Source: an uncultured Gammaproteobacteria bacterium
Lineage (GTDB): Bacteria > Pseudomonadota > Gammaproteobacteria > Pseudomonadales > Pseudohongiellaceae
DNA: 64,000 bases
Reading direction: 5' to 3'
Assembly (NCBI GenBank): GCA_913060495.1
Contig: CAJXRP010000012.1
Span: forward strand, 4,092 to 68,091
The notes under the pieces were generated by a model. The model did not search any database and was not told the origin of the DNA. It was given only the letters and a program-made list of their open reading frames with translations. Positions within the stretch are counted from its first letter, which is position 1, and the number at the start of each line of letters is the position of its first letter. Position numbers and translations under genes: made by a program. Positions 37,710 to 46,269 of this stretch are shown piece after piece.

Positions 37710-38914
37710 TGACTGCTTAGGCTCATAGAGATCGCTGAGAGTCGAGGAAGTGCGCAATCGTGCGCAGCTGCGTCGAATGACGGTTGAGCGAAACCGTTGC
37801 TGGCATCGAGGGAAACAAAGCTGGTTTCGGCGGATTCAGAAAAGCACAGCGCATCAGCGGCGGTCTTGCCTGGGGATAGCATGCCGTCCCAAACAATGTC
37901 GGGAATGGGCTGTCCGGTTGCAGCCTGCAACAAGCCTAGTGGTTCTGAATCGGGAGTTTCGCCACCTCCCGTATATTGATTATTATGGATGTAGATAGCC
38001 TCTGGGAATGGATCGTAGTTTGGGTCTGTAATCGGTAATTCATTGATCAGATAGCTAACTATAAGTACGTTTGCGCTATTATTGTCTATGAAATTATTTC
38101 CAAACACCTCGATGTTGTCATTAGCCATGATCATTAGGCCGGTGCCTGCTGGCACGCCGGCTACGATGTTGCCTTCGGGTGCGAAGTTAGCAGTGTTGTT
38201 GTCAAAAATTTGGTTGTCATAGACGCGGGTATTTCGACCACCTTGTACAGGGAGGTTGGGTAGATCGAAAACGAGGATGCCGCCAGTATTATTCGTGGTC
38301 ACATTGTCGTGAACATCAGCGAAAGTTGAGTTTTCGATTTCTATGCCCGCAACATTATATTCGGCGCGTGAATTGCGCACGATTATCTGAGAGGACTGCC
38401 CAACGTAGATTCCGGCATCGGAGGCGCCGATGGCTACCGCCTCATCGATCAGCACATTATTCGATTGCACGGGATAGATGCCATAGGCTCCATTCGTGCT
38501 CAGTGGTCCACCAGTCCATTCTGTTCTGACGCGAAGCACCTGTACATTGCTACTCTCGTTGATCTTTATTGCATCGCCGATAGTGTCCTCGATAGCTAGA
38601 TCGCGAATAACAAAATCGTTTGCGCTGACGAGTAGACCTTCTGCTCCCTGCACTTGGTTCTTAAACGAGAGTATGGACTCGTCGATGCCTGCGCCGGCAA
38701 TAGTCACACCGGAGACATTTAGCGAGAGACTGCGCGTGATTTCGTGTACACCAGCAGGGATGGTAATCACATCGCCGGCTTTTGCTTGTATCAATTGCTC
38801 TTGCAGGGCTTCTTCGAAGCTGAGTTCGGGCATGGTGGGTTCTTCATTGCCACAGCTAGCGAGCAGGAGTGCGGCGCCGGCAATCGAGAAAGTTCTTAGT
38901 GTTGAAAATTTCAT
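37706..38914 (-). CDS. parallel beta-helix repeat lipoprotein
   Basis: ATG 38914. MKFSTLRTFSIAGAALLLASCG is a lipobox. Has repeated ~22-aa turns (..NNVLIDEAVAIGASDAGIYVGQS.., ..GIEIENS.., ..GGILVFD..). Confidence 0.75.
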   Translation of the reverse strand: MKFSTLRTFSIAGAALLLASCGNEEPTMPELSFEEALQEQLIQAKAGDVITIPAGVHEITRSLSLNVSGVTIAGAGIDESILSFKNQVQGAEGLLVSANDFVIRDLAIEDTIGDAIKINESSNVQVLRVRTEWTGGPLSTNGAYGIYPVQSNNVLIDEAVAIGASDAGIYVGQSSQIIVRNSRAEYNVAGIEIENSTFADVHDNVTTNNTGGILVFDLPNLPVQGGRNTRVYDNQIFDNNTANFAPEGNIVAGVPAGTGLMIMANDNIEVFGNNFIDNNSANVLIVSYLINELPITDPNYDPFPEAIYIHNNQYTGGGETPDSEPLGLLQAATGQPIPDIVWDGMLSPGKTAADALCFSESAETSFVSLDASNGFAQPSFDAAAHDCALPRLSAISMSLSSQ

Positions 38915-39093
38915 ATTAGTCCCATTGCCTCGAATCCCATCCCCCCATGGCACGGATTTTCGCTAGCAAGCGAGTTCTATTCGTCGGCTGAGTATATGAC
39001 TCTTTATCTAAGCGAGTAAACCGGCAAGCAGACTGGCAGTCTGTGTTGTTGGTGGAGATCTATGGCTATTATTTCGGCAGAGTAGGGAGGGCA

Positions 39094-39137
39094 ATAAAAA
39101 ATGGGTGGCCCGAAGAACGGACCACCCACTATTTTTT
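39094..39137 (-). terminator. rho-independent (bidirectional-looking) terminator after the cupin gene
   Basis: On the minus strand: GGGTGGTCC-GTTCTTC-GGGCCACCC followed by ATTTTTTATT. The hairpin is flanked by A6 and T6 runs on both sides. Confidence 0.7.
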
Positions 39138-39160
39138 ACTCATGCTTCAGAGGGTTATGA

Positions 39161-39634
39161 TCAGGGGCGTCTTGGTGTGGCGTTATAGACTGAGTCAGTC
39201 ACGCCTTCCAGCCAGTTTACTTCACCCTCGTAGATTGTTAGCTGCAGCACGTCTTCGTCAGGGTGGGCGCCGTGCCAGTGCTCTCTGCCAGATGGAGTCC
39301 ACCAGGAATCACCAGGGTGCATCTCCAGCAGTGGGCCGCCACGATCCTGCGTAAGGCCACGGCCTTCTTCAACCATTAGGAGTTGGCCCCAAGAATGACT
39401 GTGCCAATTAGAGCGCACACCAGCGGGGAACACCAAGCGCAGCGTGCTGATTGCGTCGCTGTCTTCGACTCGAGGTGATCCGCCCATGAAATTGCTCTGC
39501 TGTGCAGATGTTAGGTTGGCCTGTGTGCCAAGAACTACCCAACCTAAGGCGAGAGCGGCGCAGACCGAGGTTGCTATTTGCAGGGTTGAAGTTTTCTTCT
39601 GTTTTTCGTTGTTATTACCCATTTTTTTCTCCAA
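39161..39634 (-). CDS. secreted cupin-domain protein
   Basis: N-terminal hydrophobic signal. Cupin motifs SNWHSHSWGQLLMVEEG and PSGREHWHGA. Confidence 0.75.
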   Translation of the reverse strand: MEKKMGNNNEKQKKTSTLQIATSVCAALALGWVVLGTQANLTSAQQSNFMGGSPRVEDSDAISTLRLVFPAGVRSNWHSHSWGQLLMVEEGRGLTQDRGGPLLEMHPGDSWWTPSGREHWHGAHPDEDVLQLTIYEGEVNWLEGVTDSVYNATPRRP

Positions 39635-39795
39635 ATTAATTTAGATCTCAACTCGCCTAGAGTTAACCAATGCCCCGGTAATGTCAATAAATCCAAGATT
39701 GGTCCGCTGCGAAGGCTGGTGTTATTCGGCGTACTACTATAGTTTTACCCTATTCGTTGAACCAGAAAAATAGACTAATAATAAATAGAAGTGCG

Positions 39796-40608
39796 ATGAG
39801 TACAGAATTAAATCCCTATCAAGCTCGAGTAAGCTTGCTGCAGCCAGCCCTAGCCTTTGCTGCGCTAGCTATATTCTTGATTGCATCGACTGCCTCGGCG
39901 CAACAAGCCAATCCCCTATCTTCCGATCCGCGAGCAGCGCGCGCAGGTGGTGTGATCTTTCGCGCCCAGTGTGCTACTTGCCATGGAGCCGATGCGAAGG
40001 GTATTAGCAGCATCGATGCTCCCGACCTGACTATGATGTGGACGCAGCAGGGCATGACCGAGGGGCGGGTGTTCACGCGCATCCAAGCAGGTGTGCCCGG
40101 CAGTATTATGCCGTCACACGATTTTCCCGACACTGAGATTTGGATGTTGGTTAGCTATTTGCGCAGTGTGGCAGTCTCCGGATCTACTGGAGAATTTACC
40201 GGGAACTCTGAGAATGGTGGCCGTTTGTTTGCCGCACATTGCATCGAATGTCATCGTGCCGGTAGTGAAGGTGGTAGTTTGGGGCCCAACTTAGTGCGCA
40301 TCACCCAGCGGCGCTCGCAACCGGCACTGCGTAACTCGGTGCGTGATCCAAACTCCAGTATCGGTCGAGGCTATAAACCAGTCGTTCTGAGTACGGCGAA
40401 TGCTGCTGCAATAAGCGGCATCATCAAAGGCGAAGATGCCTTCTCGATTCAGATTCTGGATAGCAATCAGAGGTTGCGCAGTTTTGCGAAGTCCGAGCTG
40501 CTTTCTTCAGATAGAGACGTCGATTCACTTATGCCGGTTTTCTTGGAGAGGCAATTGAGTGAGTCGCAGCTCGACGATATTTTAAGTTTTCTTCATCAGC
40601 AGCGCTGA
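39796..40608 (+). CDS. dihaem c-type cytochrome
   Basis: Signal peptide. Two CxxCH motifs (CATCHGADAKG and CIECHRAGSEG). The second domain has a long insertion before its C-terminal helix. The start is uncertain (ATG 39796 or TTG 39757). Confidence 0.8.
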   Translation: MSTELNPYQARVSLLQPALAFAALAIFLIASTASAQQANPLSSDPRAARAGGVIFRAQCATCHGADAKGISSIDAPDLTMMWTQQGMTEGRVFTRIQAGVPGSIMPSHDFPDTEIWMLVSYLRSVAVSGSTGEFTGNSENGGRLFAAHCIECHRAGSEGGSLGPNLVRITQRRSQPALRNSVRDPNSSIGRGYKPVVLSTANAAAISGIIKGEDAFSIQILDSNQRLRSFAKSELLSSDRDVDSLMPVFLERQLSESQLDDILSFLHQQR

Positions 40609-40622
40609 TAGCGTAGGTAATA

Positions 40623-42275
40623 ATGAATCAATCCCGAGTTTCTCCTCAAATTCTTAGAAGAATGGTCAAAAAGTCGTCGTTTGTGGCATTCGGCCTGCTT
40701 TTTCCTGCTTTAGCTGCGCTGGCACAAGACGATTCGGGCCCAGATTACGGAGATATCCTACAGGGTTTTGCGGATCCATCTCGATGGCTAACCTATTCCG
40801 GCGACTACAGTGGAAAACGCCACAGCCCATTGACGCAAATAAACACAGAAAACGTTGCCTCGCTACGGCCGGTCTGGACCTTTCAAACAGGCACTACGAC
40901 TCGAGGTCGTGGTTTCGAAACGACGCCTCTGATTGACGATGGAGTGCTGTACGTAACGGGGTCAAATAATTATGCGTGGGCAATCGATGCAAAAACAGGG
41001 CGTCGCTTTTGGCAGTATCGACGCAATCTTCCCGACGACCTAACTTATGGTGCGAGCGCTCCGGTTAACAGAGGCTTCGGCATGCTCGGTAATAGCCTGT
41101 TTATGGTGACGCTCGACGCACACCTGTTAGCGTTCGATAGGCGCAATGGCGATATTCTCTGGGATGTAGAGTTAGCAGACTATCGCGTAGGTTACGCGTC
41201 AACCGGTGCCCCACTGGTAATCGATGGCATGGTCATTACCGGCATATCCGGTGGTGAATACGCGACTCGCGGCTTTATTGATGCCTATGATCCCGATACT
41301 GGTGAGCGACTGTGGCGTTTTAATACGATACCTGGGCCCGGTGAGCCTGGCAGTGAGACTTGGCCCGATGATCCTGAAATTTTGGCGAAGGGTGGCGGTG
41401 GCACTTGGATGAACGGTAGTTATGATCCTGAACTGAACCTAATTTACTGGGGAGTGGGCAATCCAAACCCTGATTATTACGGCGATAGCAGGCCTGGAGA
41501 CAATTTGTATTCGAACTCCCTGGTGGCACTTGATGCGGATACCGGAGAATTGCAATGGCACTATCAGTTTACGCCCCATGACTTGAATGATTGGGATTCT
41601 AATCATATGCCGGTATTGGCGGATATTCAGTGGCAGGGTGAACCGCGCAAGGTCGTCATGGTGGGTAATCGCAATGGTTTCTTCTATGTGCTCGACCGCG
41701 TCTCCGGAGAATTTCTGTTGGGCAAGCCGTTTACTGCAACTACTTGGGCGCGAGAAATAGGCGAGGATGGTAGGCCGATAGTGTTGAATGATGGGAGTAA
41801 GGGTTGTTTGCCAGACCCCTGGGGCAGTACCAATTTCATGCCACCTTCATTTTATCCTGAACTAGGCTTGTTCTACCTTACGGCGCGGGAAACCTGTGCA
41901 ACCTTTGTTCCAGAGGAACCCAGTCTAGCGCCCGGACAGGCCTCCTTCGGAGGTGTCGTGTTTATAGATCCGGAGCAGGGCTCTGGGGCTCTGCGTGCTC
42001 TCGATGTGCAGACTGGCGAATTACGCTGGGAATTTACCTATCCCTCTCCAACCTTTGGAGGTGTGCTAACTACGGCTGCAGGGCTGGTATTCGCTGGCGA
42101 TCACGAGGGCAACTTCATGGCCTTTGATGCAGTGAATGGCGAGAACCTCTGGCACTACCAGACCGGATCGCGCATATGGGGAGCAGGGGCGATGACCCAT
42201 GTCCTCGATGGTCGACAATACGTGTTGATACCCTCCGGTACCACGCTCACAGCCTTCGCACTGCCTGAGCGTTAG
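40623..42275 (+). CDS. PQQ-dependent dehydrogenase (methanol/ethanol-family eight-bladed propeller), atypical
   Basis: Signal peptide. Has WLTYSGDYSGKRHSPL, TTPLIDDGVLYV, GISGGEYATRGF, W-repeat blades, and TPHDLNDWDSN (catalytic Asp region). It lacks the vicinal Cys-Cys (GASAPVNRG instead of CCDxVNRG). Confidence 0.9.
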   Translation: MNQSRVSPQILRRMVKKSSFVAFGLLFPALAALAQDDSGPDYGDILQGFADPSRWLTYSGDYSGKRHSPLTQINTENVASLRPVWTFQTGTTTRGRGFETTPLIDDGVLYVTGSNNYAWAIDAKTGRRFWQYRRNLPDDLTYGASAPVNRGFGMLGNSLFMVTLDAHLLAFDRRNGDILWDVELADYRVGYASTGAPLVIDGMVITGISGGEYATRGFIDAYDPDTGERLWRFNTIPGPGEPGSETWPDDPEILAKGGGGTWMNGSYDPELNLIYWGVGNPNPDYYGDSRPGDNLYSNSLVALDADTGELQWHYQFTPHDLNDWDSNHMPVLADIQWQGEPRKVVMVGNRNGFFYVLDRVSGEFLLGKPFTATTWAREIGEDGRPIVLNDGSKGCLPDPWGSTNFMPPSFYPELGLFYLTARETCATFVPEEPSLAPGQASFGGVVFIDPEQGSGALRALDVQTGELRWEFTYPSPTFGGVLTTAAGLVFAGDHEGNFMAFDAVNGENLWHYQTGSRIWGAGAMTHVLDGRQYVLIPSGTTLTAFALPER

Positions 42276-42477
42276 AGAGATACATAGCGCCTTGTGGCCT
42301 GTAGCGGCGCCTGCTTAAAATGAACGTCGATTTCGTGGACTTTTCGTTCAAGAGATTTTATTCTGACTCGTTGTACATAGGCTTACAGCTCTATTTAAGG
42401 CTGTGTCTAAACAGGAACACCCATCACTAAGAATAGGCGCGCGGCTATAGCCACAGCGCAAATAAGGGAAAACTGAC

Positions 42478-43944
42478 ATGACCGCCAGACACTTTCTTGC
42501 ATTCGCTTTATCTCTATTCGCACTAACTGTTTCATCGTCTCTGCTAGCGCAGGCTCACGATGCTAGTGTGGCGAATCATCAGCCGCATTATTATGATTCG
42601 GCAGACTTCGGTATAGATCCTGAGTCGGTGACTTTCGCGGATCATATTGCACCGATCTTGCAGCGCAGCTGTCAGAGCTGCCATCGTCCAGGTGGGGGCG
42701 GGCCTATGGTGTTGATGACTTACGATGAGGTGCGTCCTTGGGCTCCGGTAATTAAGTACCGCACAGCGATACGAGACCGTATGGGAGCTATGCCTCCCTA
42801 CTTTCTCGAAAAGCACATTGGCATAACTCGCATGAAAGACAACTACTCGTTGTCGGATCTAGATTTAGCGATGATTCAGGCCTGGGCAGACAATGGTGCT
42901 CCGCGCGGTAATCCAGAAGATGAGCCGCCTCTCTTGGAATTCGACAGTGGTAATGATTGGACGATTGGCGAGCCGGATCTAATCGTGCGTTCGGGTGACT
43001 TTTCGCGTCCGGCGGTGGGTCCAGATTGGTGGGGTGATATTGGTCTAGTGCCTACGGGTCTTACAGAAGATCGCTACGTTTCCGCGATACAGGTTCGTGA
43101 GGTCAATGATATTCCTGCTGATGGCGACACCGGTACAGTAGGAGGGCGTTATATTGTTCACCACATGACCTATACCAGCGGTGCACTAAGCGAAGACGGA
43201 TCCGAAGTTGTTGGTGATGTAGTGAGCTGGCCTATTCATGAGGTTGGTCGCAATGCGGATATTTTTCCCCAGAAGGCTGGGCGCTTGCTTCCCGCTAATT
43301 CGGCATTGCACCTCGGTGCTACACATATGCATTCAAATGGGCGCGAGACATCGGCCTATGTAGAATTTGGCATCAAGTTCTTCCCTGTAGGCTACGAGCC
43401 TGAATATAGTCGCCGCGGCCCACGCACGGGCAATGGTATCGACATCGATGTGGTGCCGAATAAGGCGAATCAGGAATTTCATAACTATGTTGTTCTGCAG
43501 GAACACACCAAGATTATCGCCTTCGAACCACACCTGCACGCACCGGGCGTGCGCATGTGCATGGAGGCAATTTGGGGCCACAACCAGTTTACGCTGAACT
43601 GTGTTGGTTATGATCATAACTGGGTAAAGCAATACGTTTACGAAGATGACGCGGCACCGCTTCTTCCGAAAGGTACCATATTGCACACTATAGGATTTCT
43701 GGATACTACAACTGCTAATCCTAATCTAGCCGATGCACGAAATTGGGCCGGCGGTGGACGTCGTTCCGTATCTAATATGTTTATCGATCTTGGTTATTCT
43801 GTTTCTCTTACAGAAGAACAGTTTCAGGCAGAGATGGCGACAAGGCGAGCCAATATGAAGGATCGAAACGACTACGATGTGGGCTGCCCTCTATGTTGGG
43901 CACCCGAGTCGGTGGATTCATCGTTAGCGCAGGGAAATGATTAA
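42478..43944 (+). CDS. secreted cytochrome c domain fused to PHM/DBH-like type-II copper monooxygenase domain (paralog 2)
   Basis: Signal peptide. FADHIAPILQRSCQSCHRPGG is a CxxCH. Also has YIVHHMTY, HLGATHMHSNG, EPHLHAPGVRMCME, YDHNWVKQYVYED and SVSNMFIDL. Confidence 0.8.
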   Translation: MTARHFLAFALSLFALTVSSSLLAQAHDASVANHQPHYYDSADFGIDPESVTFADHIAPILQRSCQSCHRPGGGGPMVLMTYDEVRPWAPVIKYRTAIRDRMGAMPPYFLEKHIGITRMKDNYSLSDLDLAMIQAWADNGAPRGNPEDEPPLLEFDSGNDWTIGEPDLIVRSGDFSRPAVGPDWWGDIGLVPTGLTEDRYVSAIQVREVNDIPADGDTGTVGGRYIVHHMTYTSGALSEDGSEVVGDVVSWPIHEVGRNADIFPQKAGRLLPANSALHLGATHMHSNGRETSAYVEFGIKFFPVGYEPEYSRRGPRTGNGIDIDVVPNKANQEFHNYVVLQEHTKIIAFEPHLHAPGVRMCMEAIWGHNQFTLNCVGYDHNWVKQYVYEDDAAPLLPKGTILHTIGFLDTTTANPNLADARNWAGGGRRSVSNMFIDLGYSVSLTEEQFQAEMATRRANMKDRNDYDVGCPLCWAPESVDSSLAQGND

Positions 43945-44921
43945 TGATGACCTTAGTAAAGCTTAGGTTTTCGTGGATGAGCAGTTTATTACTACTTGCC
44001 TTGCTTGTGGGGCAGTCTGCCAATGCTCAGACTCGATTTATGCAGTTGCGAGGTCAGATTACTTCACCTGCATTCGAGGGCTGGTGGCCAAATGAAGATG
44101 GAACATTCAAATTGTTCTTTGGTTACATGAATACAAATTGGGAGCAGCAGTTTGATCTTCCAATTAGCACGGAGAACTATTTCTCCGAGGTAACTCCGGG
44201 AGAACTGGATGATCTAAGTCAGGATGGGTTTGATTTCGCTTCGGCGGACAGGGGGCAACCTACCCATTTCTATCCCCGACGAAATCCCTTTCTGTTTACT
44301 GTAGATGTGCCTGCTGACTTTGGTGAAAGTGAATTGGTATGGACGCTTAAGACCCAGGGCCAGACCAATCGTGCCTACGGCACGCTAAAGCCAGATTATC
44401 GAATCGACCCGCAAGTGATCTCAACTGAGGTAGGCGGTAACTATGGCAGTCTTAGTGATTCCCTTAGAACGAACATCCCTCCGGAGCTGCGTCTCGAGGG
44501 AGAAAGCTTTCGCGCGGTGCGGGTAGGAGAGCCACTGAGTTTGGCGGTTAGGGCGAGTGATCCTGATAATTTGCCAGCACGTCGTGACCGCCCCCGAAGC
44601 CAAGGAATTGATCAGCTGTATAGGCCTCCATCGTCTATCGTGGCTATGAGCGGCCCGGGTTTGCGTTTTTCCTGGACCGTATACCGAGGCCCTGCGGCGA
44701 AGGCGAGTTTCGAGCCGGCACAATTTAAGACTTATACCGATACTAGAATGTATGCGAATTCGCCTTGGGCACCTCCGTTTGAGATCCCTCAGCCGCCAGA
44801 GGATGGACGCTGGACCGCTGAAGTCGTCTTCGATGAGCCGGGAGAATACGTATTGCGCGGTATCGCTAGTGATGGCTCTCTATTTACCTATCAGAACGTT
44901 AACGTTACGGTAAGCCGTTAG
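43944..44921 (+). CDS. secreted hypothetical protein, translationally coupled to the PHM-like gene
   Basis: The ATG shares its A with the upstream TAA (TAATG). Signal peptide ..LLLLALLVGQSANAQ. 325 aa with a beta-rich C-terminus. No family recognised. Confidence 0.65.
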   Translation: MMTLVKLRFSWMSSLLLLALLVGQSANAQTRFMQLRGQITSPAFEGWWPNEDGTFKLFFGYMNTNWEQQFDLPISTENYFSEVTPGELDDLSQDGFDFASADRGQPTHFYPRRNPFLFTVDVPADFGESELVWTLKTQGQTNRAYGTLKPDYRIDPQVISTEVGGNYGSLSDSLRTNIPPELRLEGESFRAVRVGEPLSLAVRASDPDNLPARRDRPRSQGIDQLYRPPSSIVAMSGPGLRFSWTVYRGPAAKASFEPAQFKTYTDTRMYANSPWAPPFEIPQPPEDGRWTAEVVFDEPGEYVLRGIASDGSLFTYQNVNVTVSR

Positions 44922-45181
44922 CGATGCGTGTTTAGCTGGCAGCATAGTACTGCTGTTCGCTGATGCCGCTACCGAGTCCTTCTTTTTCATCCTCCCTCTT
45001 GGTGCTTGCCGATTTCTTCGGTGAGCGCTCGCTTGTTTGTACCTTGATGTGACTCATTGCATTCACTAGTTTGCTGGATTAGTCTGTTTTTACAGCTAGT
45101 GCTGCTAGTTTGGAAATTTACTAGTTAGTGCAGGCCACCCAGAATGCAGTTGCTGAGACTTCTCGGCAGGGAGAGTTAACT

Positions 45182-46261
45182 ATGAACAAGGTGTCTAATA
45201 CTGCGCAGAAAATCCTTCTCGCAATTTGTCTTACTACCGCCTTTTTGAGTGGCGGGTCGGTGTTCGCGCAACTAGAACCCATCAATGATCGACCAAATCC
45301 ATTTTCCACTACGGACAATTGGGCTACTTTGCCAGATGGGCGTACATGGGGTTCAACTGCGGGAGTCGATATGGATCCTGATGGCAGGCACTTATGGGCA
45401 ATCGATCGCTGTGGTGCGAATAGTTGCATCGGTTCTTCGCTAGACCCGATAGTTAAGATAGATGCGAGTGGCAATGTTGTTGCGACGATAGGTGGTGGCT
45501 TAATGTTATTTCCCCATGGCCTTCACGTAGACCGTGACGGCAATATTTGGGTCACAGATGGGCAGGGCCCCCGCGCGGACAATCCTGCGACTGCGGGGAT
45601 GGGACACGTAGTCTACAAATTAAGTCCAGAGGGCGAAGTGTTGTTGATTCTGGGGCAGCCTGGAGTGGCGGGCGACGGAACAGATGCTCTGCTGGAAACC
45701 CCCTGCGACGTAGTTACCGATGCCGACGGCAATATCTATGTGGGTGATGGCCATAGCGGTCAGAACCTCGATGCCACAGTTGATACGGTTGCGCGGATCG
45801 TAAAATTCGATCGCGATGGCAACATGATTAAGTATTGGGGTGGATGGGGGGCTGCGGCTGGGCAGTTAAAGACGCCCCATGCGCTAGATATCGATTCTCG
45901 AAATCGCTTGATAGTGGGTGATAGGGGTAACAATCGTTTGCAGATATTCGATTTGGAAGGTAACTACATAGGCGAATTTAAATCCTTCAGCCGGCCTAGC
46001 GGAATCTACATTACCGACAATGACACGATCTTTGTCGCCGATTCGGAATCGGAATTCGATGACATAAGAAACCCAGGTTGGCACGCGGGTATCCGTGTGG
46101 GCAGTCTGTTAGATGGCATTGTGGATTACTTCATAGATGGAACGGTGGAGGCCTATCCTGAGGGTTCAAATCCGGAAGGCGTTGCTGTGGATTCTGCTGG
46201 CAATGTATTTGGTGCGGTGGTGTCGGGTGGCGGCGCTCTGGTGAAGTCTGCGCGTCGCTAG
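45182..46261 (+). CDS. secreted NHL-repeat six-bladed propeller, peptidyl-alpha-hydroxyglycine lyase (PAL)-like
   Basis: ATG 45182 with a GGGAGAG SD. Signal peptide MNKVSNTAQKILLAICLTTAFLSGGSVFAQ. Blade motifs: FPHGLHVDRDGNIWVTD, ARIVKFDRDGN..YWG, GQLKTPHALDID, VGDRGNNRLQIFD. Confidence 0.8.
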   Translation: MNKVSNTAQKILLAICLTTAFLSGGSVFAQLEPINDRPNPFSTTDNWATLPDGRTWGSTAGVDMDPDGRHLWAIDRCGANSCIGSSLDPIVKIDASGNVVATIGGGLMLFPHGLHVDRDGNIWVTDGQGPRADNPATAGMGHVVYKLSPEGEVLLILGQPGVAGDGTDALLETPCDVVTDADGNIYVGDGHSGQNLDATVDTVARIVKFDRDGNMIKYWGGWGAAAGQLKTPHALDIDSRNRLIVGDRGNNRLQIFDLEGNYIGEFKSFSRPSGIYITDNDTIFVADSESEFDDIRNPGWHAGIRVGSLLDGIVDYFIDGTVEAYPEGSNPEGVAVDSAGNVFGAVVSGGGALVKSARR

Positions 46262-46269
46262 ATTGTATT

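Noticed and set aside
42443-42452. 10-bp perfect palindrome GGCTATAGCC, 26 nt upstream of the PHM-like paralog 2 start.
   Set aside because: It is too short to distinguish from chance. It is unrelated to the palindrome upstream of paralog 1.
44932-45057. 41-codon minus-strand ORF (MSHIKVQTSERSPKKSASTKREDEKEGLGSGISEQQYYAAS) between the 325-aa gene and the PAL-like gene.
   Set aside because: It has no convincing SD, is antisense to the local operon direction, and is low-complexity. I kept it only as a note in case a small-protein search hits it.
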